This document shows, in pieces, positions 13,601 through 23,392 of a DNA stretch of 64,000 bases. The translations under genes and the position numbers were made by a program. How positions within the stretch are numbered: the first letter of the stretch is position 1; each line of letters begins with the position of its first letter. Source of the DNA: Haplodiscus bocki (taxonomy: Eukaryota); NCBI GenBank assembly GCA_965655095.1, contig OZ296648.1, positions 34,782,001-34,846,000 on the forward strand, given 5' to 3'. The notes below the pieces were generated by a model. It worked only from the letters and a program-made list of their open reading frames with translations, searched no databases and was not told where the DNA came from.

Positions 13601-14705
13601 TTGAAAACGATTAAAAAAACTGTTTTCGATTTTTTTTAAATTAGAAACTTTTAAGCATTTTTGCAACGAAAACAATTGTGCAAATTCATGCTAGTTCTTG
13701 AACATGTCTTATTATGTCGTGAAAACTTTCAAGTACCTAAATTTTTGTAACAGTCACTAATCCACAAATTGATAATTTTGAACAAAAGAAAGAACCAAAG
13801 TTTTGGGGCTTTTCCGGGGGTAAACTGAAACAAAACTGGAACTTCGCGACAGTTTGTGGTGTATCAAATGTCAAGCAACTAGTAATGCCGAACAATACCG
13901 TCAAACCCTTTGTTTTACCGAAAGCATTTCGGCTGCAATTACTGATTAAACATTGCAATTTTCCCCTTTGATAGTGTAATGAATGGGCTTTTAAAAATAT
14001 TCGCGTGGCGGTTAAAAGAGTATCACAGTTAACAACTTTTCCAAAATAGATTAATGTCGTATTCAAGGCGGTTAACAGATAGTAGTGACTTTTGCAACTT
14101 CATGTTCAACCTTTCTGCCGATTCATCAATCAACTAAATGTTAATCAAGATTGAAATATACATGTAATTGCATTCTAGCAACAGGTATTGTATGTAGACT
14201 ACCTTAGCAGTGCTACATTGCTGTAGAAAAGTTTGTTTTCTCCAGCGCATGCGTTCGCAATTACTAAAGTAAATATTAGACGCGCGGACTGTTTTGACCT
14301 ATTTACTTAGCCGCCGCCTGATCTGATCGGCTGCGCTGTTAGTCAGCCGTCGCGACGCGGTCCGAAAAGCACTCCAGGGAGGAATGACTAGCAAAACCGA
14401 TTACGAACGTCAGCGAAAAGGATAAAAAAAAGGCAGGTGAAAAAAAAATGTAACTGTACAGCAACGGCACGCAACTGAGCAGATAATTCCTATACGCGGA
14501 GGCCGCCAACGCATAGGACGCAATGTATTAAAGCGGAAATGACCAAGAAAATGCCGTTTTTCCACAGAAAAACTTTAAATTCTCGAGAACTAAGAAAGAT
14601 AGCGCCATGCGGTTTTCACCTTTGTAAACTAGGGAGCTGAGGCTTTCACCGAGGGTCATTTTGGGCAACGCCCCCGTACCCCCGCCGAGGGGAGGGGCAA
14701 AAAAA

Positions 14706-15037
14706 GGGTCAAATCGCGGGATTTCCAAAAATACCGACTTGGCAAAACCTGTTCTCCCCCCCCTTGCTCAAAACTAGCCCGATTTTGCTCAAATTCGGCA
14801 TGATTGCTCTCAAGACCCTTATACACAAAACTGTTGACCAAATTTTTGATATCTTTTCCCTGGGTCGAGATATAGGGTTTCAAACTGGGTCAAATCCCTA
14901 AATAAAGGTAAAATGCCGACCTGGCAAAACCTGTTCTCCCCCCCCTTGCTCAAAACTAGCCCGATTTTGCTCAAATTCGGCATGATGGCTCTCAAGACCT
15001 TTATACACAAACTGTTGACCAAAATTTTGATATCTTT
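14706..15037 (+). repeat. Internal direct repeat in the LTR (two ~150-bp copies, period ~181 bp)
   Basis: GGGTCAAATC...GGCAAAACCTGTTCTCCCC...GATATCTTT at 14706-14857 and 14887-15037; also present in the 3' LTR. Confidence 0.93.
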
Positions 15038-15546
15038 CTTAGAAGCCGAGATTCGCCCCGGAAGTTAAAAGCCTATGTATTAGGATAGGAACCTTATTTT
15101 TTTTTTGTTTCATGCTTCAAGTCATCTCCAGAGCAGCTCGGCTGCTAGATTTTTTCGCTGAGCGGCAAGCTATGCCTAATTAAAAATTCATGAGCCGTGA
15201 AGGCTGACTCAGCCACTTTAAACCGCAGAAAGAACAGAGTGTTCCGCCTGAACTAATATTTGCAATTTTAATGAGAACTCCCGTGCCCTTGTTAACAAAA
15301 GGAAAATATTATTGCCTGCTGATCAATAAACGCAACAATAAAAGTGTCGCTGCAGCTGCGAACGCAAGCGACACTAAGGCGACGAGAACAATAAACGTTG
15401 ACAGCGGTTGTAAAAAACAGGGGGATGACGTTTTTTTAAATAAAATCTAGTACAAAAAGGAACAAAGAAAAGAAAGGCCGTACCGCCAGGGGCACGCGGG
15501 AAGGACGAGCAGGACTGACTCAGAAAAAGGAACAACGACGCGGAAA

Positions 15547-15587
15547 AGAGAGGGAGAGAGAGAGAAAACGAGAGAGAGAGAGAGAGA
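15547..15587 (+). repeat. (GA)n microsatellite within the LTR
   Basis: Interrupted GA tract; the second run is shorter in the 3' LTR copy. Confidence 0.9.
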
Positions 15588-16149
15588 CCGAGAGCGGCGA
15601 ACTGAGAGAGTTGCGCCGAGATAGAGAGAAAAAGAAAGAGTTGGGTCGTGATAGAAGACCTGATAGCCGTTGTTGGGACTTTTAACGTTGAGAACGTTAG
15701 TAAGTGTCCATCAGAAAGAAAAGCTAGTATAACGTGAGCTGAGACTCGTCCCCAAATTTTTGTGGGTGAGCGTATCTTCCTGCAGTTGTGTGTTTTAAAC
15801 AGTAGATTTGTTATGATCATTATCTCTTGTCGATCTTTATGTATTGAGTTTGTTTATAACCGACTTAATTGACTTCTTTGTGGGCGAACTCATTCCTTAG
15901 TAAGAGACAGAACAGCCAAGAGCTAGAGGCCCGACGATCGGATCACGAAGTGAGCGAGTTGCTGTGGCAAAATCCGCTGTTGCTATTGGGACCATCGATA
16001 CCCGTTCGGTAAAAAGAAAATCTTGTGTGGGACATCCGGCCTTCATCTGCCTCTGTGAAGGTGTCCAGGCTTAAACGGGTGCTGCCGCTTAGTGTAAATT
16101 GGTAAGACCAGCCGGAAACCAAAGCAGCTAAGGGCAAAATTTCCTACAG

Positions 16150-16167
16150 TGGCGCTCCTGGGTGGGC
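16150..16167 (+). promoter_or_regulatory. Primer binding site, probably tRNA-Asn
   Basis: TGGCGCTCCTGGGTGGGC starts 1 nt after the LTR. Its complement GCCCACCCAGGAGCGCCA resembles recalled metazoan tRNA-Asn(GUU) 3' ends (..GCCCACCC-R-GG..CGCCA). Confidence 0.8.
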
Positions 16168-16573
16168 CCTCAATGCAGCAGCGCCCGGCGACTACTCCAA
16201 ATTCATCCCCGTTCGTTCAACTTTTTCCCGAGTTCATCACCGCAGTTTTAGCCATTGTTTTGTTGATTTTTGTTTTTCTCCTGCTTACACTTATTACTTC
16301 TCAGATAGACCCGCACAGTGGATTGCATTTATCGAACAGTTCTTCCGCGGCGCTGGCCCACTGAACCTGGATTTCGACGAGCAAGTCAACTTCGAGTTAC
16401 CAATACCTGGGCTGGGAGTAGTGTATTTTCCACTTACCAGTGGAGCAGCTATTCTCGTAATCTGGTTCTTTTACCTTCGTTTCGTTATCTGGCTCCTGTT
16501 CCAGCTACCCCACGACCCCACAGCAATCGAGCTCGCAGTTGACGTATTCGGCCTAGAAGAAGGGTAGATAAAA

Positions 16574-17893
16574 ATGGCAACCGCCGCGAAAACAAATTGG
16601 GACGACGAAGATAGCGACCAAGGGTCGACGCACGAGAACAATGGGGAAACCAATCAGTGGCGAACTAGCACTCAGTCAGATAACGGACTCCAAACAGATT
16701 CAGGAGGAGCTGAGCTCCAGCGTCTCCAATCAGAAATGCGAGAGTTGAGCGTGGCGTTGGACGGAATGAAGAAATCCCAGCGCAGATTAGATTTCAGGAG
16801 ATCACCTCAGCGAAATTCACTTCTGTGTTCAGCCAGCAGTCCCCGTCATGAACCTCAGATGCTATTGGCACTGCACCCAGAACGTTTCCCTTCCAAAGAC
16901 TATCCGACCTGGAGGATGTGGCAGCAGCAGTTCCGGGGTGTTGCTAGAGCCAATGGATGGAGTGAGAGAAAGAGCTTGCAGGTCCTGGCCGCCAGCTTAA
17001 GTGGATGGGCGTCAGATGAGTTCCATTCAGCCCCCACGAGGTGCCAAGACGACCTCGACGAGATGTTGAAGTACCTGAAAACTCGACTCTCCCCTTATAG
17101 AAACGAGAGAATTTCAAGGGGTGAGTTCAAAAGTCTTTTTCAAGGAGCAGAGGAGACGCTTAGTGAATTTGCCCGGCGTCTCCGAGTTGTGGGGAATAGT
17201 GCATACCCCGAGGTGACCCCAAAACAACGCGACGAGTTCTTCCGCGAACAATTCCTCGAAGGCCTCTACGATATGGAAATACAGTTGGAGCTGCTGAAAG
17301 AGCCTGAACAGGACTTTCTGGAGACCCTCACGAGAGCACAACAGTTGGAGTCTATCAGAAAAAATGCTCGAAATCATCCGCGCAGGCGGAATCAAAACCA
17401 CGTGAGGTTCGTCGCAGAGGACGATATTCAAGAAGATACTTGCTACAGAACCCCCGAGGTTCCCCTTGCGAAAGTGCCTGCCAGTCAGCGGCCAATGCGG
17501 AAGGAGGGGTGCGACCTAGAGGAAACACTGGCAGCCCTGCGCACCATGCTGGACCTACAACACAAGGTCTTGGAAAATCAACAGAGTACCCTGGACAAAA
17601 CAAACTCGAAACTGGAACAACTGAGCACCCAATCCGCATCCCAGAGCGAGAGCTTAACGGCTGCAATCAATACCCTTACTGAGACCATTCGATCAATGAA
17701 CTCCCGTGGCCCACGACAACTTTTTGACCCAAATCGAGATCGAGGACGCTACGGTCAGAGAAACAATGAGGGGTCGCCCGCTAGAGAGCGACAACCAGTG
17801 AACATGGCCAATGCAGATTGTTTCAACTGTGGACAAGTGGGACATTTCGCGAGAGATTGCCCAAACAAGGCCGTACCGAGCCATTTAAACTAG
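16574..17893 (+). CDS. gag: Gag (capsid domain, coiled coil, single CCHC zinc knuckle)
   Basis: Intact 439-aa ORF; W..QF..VA.ANGW and Q.AEETLSEFARRL capsid motifs; CFNCGQVGHFARDC knuckle. Confidence 0.96.
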   Translation: MATAAKTNWDDEDSDQGSTHENNGETNQWRTSTQSDNGLQTDSGGAELQRLQSEMRELSVALDGMKKSQRRLDFRRSPQRNSLLCSASSPRHEPQMLLALHPERFPSKDYPTWRMWQQQFRGVARANGWSERKSLQVLAASLSGWASDEFHSAPTRCQDDLDEMLKYLKTRLSPYRNERISRGEFKSLFQGAEETLSEFARRLRVVGNSAYPEVTPKQRDEFFREQFLEGLYDMEIQLELLKEPEQDFLETLTRAQQLESIRKNARNHPRRRNQNHVRFVAEDDIQEDTCYRTPEVPLAKVPASQRPMRKEGCDLEETLAALRTMLDLQHKVLENQQSTLDKTNSKLEQLSTQSASQSESLTAAINTLTETIRSMNSRGPRQLFDPNRDRGRYGQRNNEGSPARERQPVNMANADCFNCGQVGHFARDCPNKAVPSHLN

Positions 17894-17932
17894 TAAGGGC
17901 TGAGATGAGCTCCGGGGTGCAAACCTCAGCCC
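17884..17932 (+). promoter_or_regulatory. Programmed -1 ribosomal frameshift signal (gag-pol)
   Basis: T TTA AAC heptamer in gag phase immediately before the gag TAG, then a 6-nt spacer and the stem GGGCTGAG/CTCAGCCC (17897-17904 with 17925-17932). Pol is in the -1 frame (FKLVRA). Confidence 0.9.
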
Positions 17933-20578
17933 GTGACTCTACGAATATTGACCCTAACCCAGCCGAAACAGTATCAACAAACCCCTTGACACGACTGCCT
18001 CAACCTGAGACGACACCCATTATTCTTACCCGAGAAAACCCACGCCCTATCGTCTTCGACCGCGCAGCAGAACCCCATAGAGAAGAAATTGACCAGCGTG
18101 TATGTGCTCAGACGGAAATCAAAATTCCGCAAGGTCCCAGTTTGTGGGTACCACTGGTTGTGGGCACAGAAAAAACTTGGTCCCTCATCGACACCGGGGC
18201 CAGCTCCAATCTTATTTGCAAACGGTTACAAGAGAAAGTCGGTGGAAAACTGGAAGCTTACAATGGCCGAGTCATTGATCCAAAGGGAGATCCCATGCCA
18301 ATCCTTGGGGTCACCAGAGTTCGAATGAACGTTGCCGGCCTACAAACAACAGAGAAGTTTTTGGTGATGGATGGGTTGAACCCTGACGTCATTGTGGGGC
18401 TCCGGTACCTACTTGAAAGAGGCTGCCGACTAGACTGGGAACATTGCTGTCTCTGGCTCGAAGGAGGAATCCGTAAAGCTCCAATGACAGTGGCTGGTCC
18501 ACAAATACCTTGTGACCCAGACCCAGTTTTGACCCTATGTGCAGAAATCAACGGAGATAACCCAAGCGTGTGTTACATCATTGACGAGTTGGACCTGGAG
18601 AGCCCCTGCCGATCCAACTCCTTGAAAAACACGATGACACCAATCGACCGGGAGACTACCACGTCATTGCCCCAACCGACTGAAACATTCGAGGGGGGTT
18701 TCCTCACAGGCACTGGTTTCCAAAAACGACCGGAGGTGCCTTGGGGCGATGTCAGAGACGGGAAGGTCCAATTCCGAAGACGAAATCCCAAGAGACTTTT
18801 CGCACGTCGACGAGCTTCTGTTTCTTCAGACAAGGAGGAGAGCCCCAAATCATCCACATCCAAATCCTCGAGAAGTCAGTCTGCAACATCAACATTCTTC
18901 CTGGCGTCGGAGAAACCTAGCGTCGCAGAAAGTACAGACCTGAATGAAGACATAGAAACCATATTGGATCTGGCTGCACCGAATGTTGACGGCGAGGCTA
19001 GGAAACAACTCCAGTTGCTAGTGAGCGAATTCCGCGACGTTTTCGCGTTGACGGATGAAGAGCTGGGACTGACGAAACTGACCGTCCACAAAATTGATAC
19101 CGGTGATTCGCCTCCAATCAAAAGACCACCTCACAGGATGGCCCCGGGCAAATTACCGGAGATGAAGGCGGAAGTCGAAACCATGCTTGCTCGCGGAATA
19201 ATCAGACCTTCCAAAAGCCCTTAGAGCTCCCCCATTGTCATGGTGAAAAAAAAAGACGGAAGCAATCGTTTTTGCGTCGATTATCGAAAACTGAACGACA
19301 TCACGAGGAAGGACGCTTTTCCGATCCCACGAATAGAGCAGACTCTCGATGCCCTCGCCGGTGCAAGTTGCTTCTCGACACTGGATCTCGCATCTGGCTA
19401 TTGGCAGGTTCCCGTGGATCCCGTGGACATCCCAAAAACGGCTTTTGTGACAGCAGATGGTGGCCTGTACGAATACACAAGGATGCCATTCGGCCTCTGC
19501 AACGCCCCGGCAACCTTTCAAAGGCTCATGAACGATCTCTACAAAGATGTTCTGTACAAGAGTGTCATCGTTTTTCTGGACGACGTATTAACGTTTTAGC
19601 CGATCCATAGAGGAACACATGAGTCACTTGCGATGCACCTTCCAGCGTCTCCGGGAAGCCAATCTGAAACTCAAACCAAAGAAGTGTTGCCTCTTACAGC
19701 GTGAAGTCGCCTACCTGGGCCACATTGTAGACAAAGAAGGCTCACGACCGAATCCCGAGAAATTGGCAGCCCTAGAGTCTTGGCCGACTCCAACTACAGT
19801 AACAGGCGTCCGATCGTTTATTGGGTTCTGCAGTTACTACCGCAAATACATCAGAGGCTTCGCCGAAATTGCAAAACCCTTGCATGCATTGACAAAAAAG
19901 AGTGTCAAGTTCACGTGGAAACCCGAACACACCGAGGCTTTCGACCAACTGCGGAACGAGCTTGTTCGAGGACCCGTCCTCAGCTTTCCTGATTTCTCCC
20001 AGCCTTTTATCATAGATACGGACGCAAGCAACAACAGCCTCGGAGCCGTTTTATCCAATGTCATTGACGGCGAAGAAAGACCCCTCGCTTTTATGAGTCG
20101 CGTATTATCAAAGACTGAAACGATGTATTCAACAACAAAAAGGGAAGCTTTAGCCGTGGTGCAAGCGTTGAGTTGGTTCAGATCCTACATCTTGGGGTTG
20201 AAAATTGTCATCAGGACTGACCACGCCAGCTTGCGTTGGATGTTTCGGCAGAACGCGGACGGGATGACCTTCCGGATGGTTCAAAAACTGCAGGAATACG
20301 ACTACACCATCGTTCACCGTCCCGGAAATAAGCATGGAAACGCAGACGGACTGACCAGACGCGAAGATCCCCGAGAAGATTGGAAAGATGGTGAACTTGA
20401 GGCGTTGCGGGGGCAGTGTCCAGAGCCGAAGCCCTACGAAGAAGCATTGGAGGATGTCCGCGACTTCCTTAAAACAATGAGTGAATTGAGACCGTCAGCA
20501 CATCTAAACGCAGCAGCTTCAGATCAGCCAGAAGAATCATGTCGAACGCTCATGACATCCAACCGATACCCAGATCCT

Positions 20579-21001
20579 GTTATGGAGATAGAAGACTTCC
20601 TCCTAGATTCTTGCAGGTCCCTAGTACAGTGTATTACCGTCGATTTCCGCCTCGTGACTCTGTACCAGGACGAGCCAAACTTTGACCCCTTTCTGGCCGA
20701 AGCCCTGCCTACACTGAAGCGTCAACCAATGCCCGGTGACGTCATTGCCATACGGGACACAGAAAAACCTCGATGGCGTTACTATTTGATCATCAAGAAA
20801 TTTGCCTGGGAGAAAACGAACTTTGAGATCCTAAACACCTGTCTACAGCAACTAAGGCAGTTGTTAGAGAGCCATGGTGTCCACGAAGTCAGCATCCAAC
20901 GCCTTGGTTCCGGGAATCCTGATTGTTTGAACTGGTGGCAAGTTCGGCGACTTGTGTCGGATGTTTTCGGAGGAACGCAGATCCATGTGTGGGTACACTA
21001 C
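20579..21001 (+). other. TARG1/OARD1 (Poa1p/DarG-class) macrodomain embedded in Pol
   Basis: SLVQCITVDFR..PGDVIAIRD..RWRYYLIIKK..KTNFEILNTCLQQL..HGVHEVSIQRLGSGNPDCLNWWQV..VSDVFGGTQIHVWV aligns end to end by eye with recalled TARG1 [82 protein letters not shown]. Confidence 0.87.
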
Positions 21002-23392
21002 GGGGCGCAGGGACCCCCAGTGCAGATGGAACAGTGCAGGGCCCACACAGAGTCACCTATGGTGCAAGAGCCAACGACACTGCCAGAGCTCAGCGAGGAG
21101 GAAGGCAGAAGTTCAGCTGAAAATGGAGATGGTGAGATAATCAGCTGGGTGCATGCGCCATGCGACGTCAAGAAAGCCCAAAGGGAGGATCCGCATATTG
21201 GCGTGCTCTTGGAAATGTTAAAATATGATAACGACGATGTTGATGTATTTTCCTTGGGAGAGCCACCCTTGAATAAAGAAGATGCAGTGTCGCTGGGAGA
21301 CGAAGTAACTGTTTTATGGAGTCAGTGGCCTCAGCTAACGATACGGAAAGGTGTCCTGTACAGAAGATGGAAGTGCAAAGCCGAAAACTCCGAGGTTTTC
21401 CAATTAGTAGTGCCATCCTCGCACCAGAAGGACATCCTCGACCAGCTTCATTCTTCACCGGTCAGCGGAGGACACTTTGCGGTTGAGAAAACGTTGAGCC
21501 GAATCCGGCAACGGTTCTGGTGGCCAAAAATGCGCCAGCACATCGAGAAGAAAGTGGAACTGTGCCTCCCATGCGCAGCCAGACGGACAGCAGGGAAGCA
21601 GCGCGTGGCAGAATTGATGCCCATGCAGATTGGAACGAGATTCAACACAGTTGCCGCCGACATTCTCGGCCCAGTGACGAAAGGAGTCAAAACTAAGAGC
21701 AAATACGTTCTAGCAATGACGGATCTTTTCACAAAATTCGTCGTTGCAGTGCCTCTCAAAGACATTACTGCCCAATGTGTAGCGTCAGAACTGGTTGAAC
21801 ATTGGGTTCTGCGATTTGGAGTCCCCGATGTCCTGCACACAGACCAGGGTTCCAATTTTAATAGTGAGCTGATGAAGCAAGTCCGCCAGCTACTGCAGAT
21901 CGACAAGAGCCAAACGACAGCGTACCACCCACAGGGAAATGGGCAAGTGGAGAGGTTCAATCGGGTAATAGCTGATACGATCTCCAAGTACTGCGCTGAA
22001 AACCCGAGAACTTGGGATCTGGTCTTGCCTTATGTGACTTTTGTCTACAATACGACAGTGCACAAGACGACCCGCGCTACCCCATTCAGCCTGGTCTACG
22101 GAGAAGAGTGCCAGTACCCCATCGACCTCTTCTATCCAAAACCCATCGACCATGAGTACACGGAAGCAGGTGATTTCGCCACCTGGCTTCACGAAACTTT
22201 CCGCGAAGCACATGCTCATGCCCGCCTTATGTTGGGATGTGCGCAGCGACGGAGAAAGGACCTGTACCACAAGAAAGTGCACGGAAAGCCCTACCAACCT
22301 GGTGCGCGAGTATGGCTCTTCTCACCACACAAAGCTAAATCTAGAAAATTTTTTCTCCCGTGGGAAGGCCCGTTCGTTGTGGGCGAGAGAATCAATGAGG
22401 TGAACTACAAGATCTGGAAGGAATCCAAACCTTCCAAGTGGTTCATCGTCCACTACAACAGACTGAAGCCCTATAGGACAGAACAGACCGAGACCCGTGT
22501 CCTGACGAGGCCCAGACCGGAAGCCGACGAAGTACCTTTCGACTACACAGCTTGGGGTGACGAGATGGCTGAATTGGACGCCCCAGCATTAGCGGAAACT
22601 CAGCCAGCTAAAGTTACATCACAAAACGAGACATTTACATCAACACCCTTGAAGAATGCCAACGCAGTTGGGGCCGAGCTGGCACTGGACATACCCTTAC
22701 AAGACGGACGAACTTCAACATTCACTCCTACTACGCCTATTCCACCCACCTTTCTGCCAAGCCCGTGGCTGAATGTGCCAGCATTGGCAACACCAGGGAA
22801 CGACCAACCAATTGAGAACCACAATGATGAAGCATCACCTTCCCTTTTCCCACAGAGACTGCCGCCTTCCGAGGACCCCATCACCGAACGACACTTTGAA
22901 GTAGGCCCATCCAGAGACACAGGCGAAGGTGATCGCCAGCAGGAAACATCGTGGACACAGCGAACAATTACCGCTGAGTCAGCCCCAGAAAAGACCGGCG
23001 ACGCCACAGGAGCACGAGAGCATTCCACCGAGAGGCGCCGCTTAAAAGGAAAATCCAATCAACCGGAGGAGAACAATGGGCGGCCTAAGCGCTTGCGCTT
23101 TCCCCCCGTGCGTTATGGGCTGGACGAGTACGAGTGATGACTCACTCGTATCATCAGTGCTGCCGCTAGCAGGAGGCGTAAGCACTTAGGAGCACTTATC
23201 CTGCGGCTATTGTCTTCCTTATACAGTGCCACGGTTTATCCTGGACGTGTAATGAGCACGGGAAACGATGACTCATTCGACAGTCATACGCCTGCTCCAC
23301 TGCATCAGAAAGGACAACCGACAGCCATGCGTCATCAATCCCGCGCAAATAAAAACCCCTCTGTCCCCATTCACTCTTTTCAACGTTCCACG

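Larger units (their letters stand above)
290..14000 (-). mobile_element. Heavily decayed Polinton/Maverick element I (pPolB, integrase, protease, ATPase, minor and major capsid remnants)
   Basis: Manual minus-strand translation gives scattered, frameshifted motif remnants of the Polinton gene set, in the order pPolB - integrase - adenain protease - ATPase - minor capsid - small core protein - major capsid. Termini not found. Confidence 0.55.
14222..16148 (+). repeat. 5' LTR (1927 bp)
   Basis: TGTAGAAAA...TTTCCTACA, a direct repeat of 26816-28738. About six substitutions plus homopolymer and microsatellite length differences were seen by eye. Several AATAAA motifs at 15325-15444. Confidence 0.98.
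17884..23137 (+). pseudogene. pol: Pol polyprotein: protease, RT, RNase H, macrodomain, integrase; two lesions in RT
   Basis: LIDTGAS protease; RFCVDYRKLN, LDLASGYWQ, MPFGLCNAPATFQ and FLDD for RT; TDASN RNase H; HHCC, D-D-E (ADILG, TDQG, VERFN) and GPF integrase motifs. In-frame TAG at 19222-19224 and a +1 T near 19596. Confidence 0.95.

Noticed and set aside
15374-15820. 148-aa antisense ORF in the LTR
   Set aside because: Driven by the GA microsatellite (LSLSL) and frameshifted in the 3' LTR copy.
19222-19224. TAG in RT as programmed readthrough
   Set aside because: It falls on a conserved aromatic residue within RT, lacks a readthrough context, and gag-pol is already joined by a frameshift; mutation or error is more likely.
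23210-23392. ORF-track start of env at 23210
   Set aside because: It is a TTG codon in a eukaryotic context; the signal peptide begins at ATG 23393.
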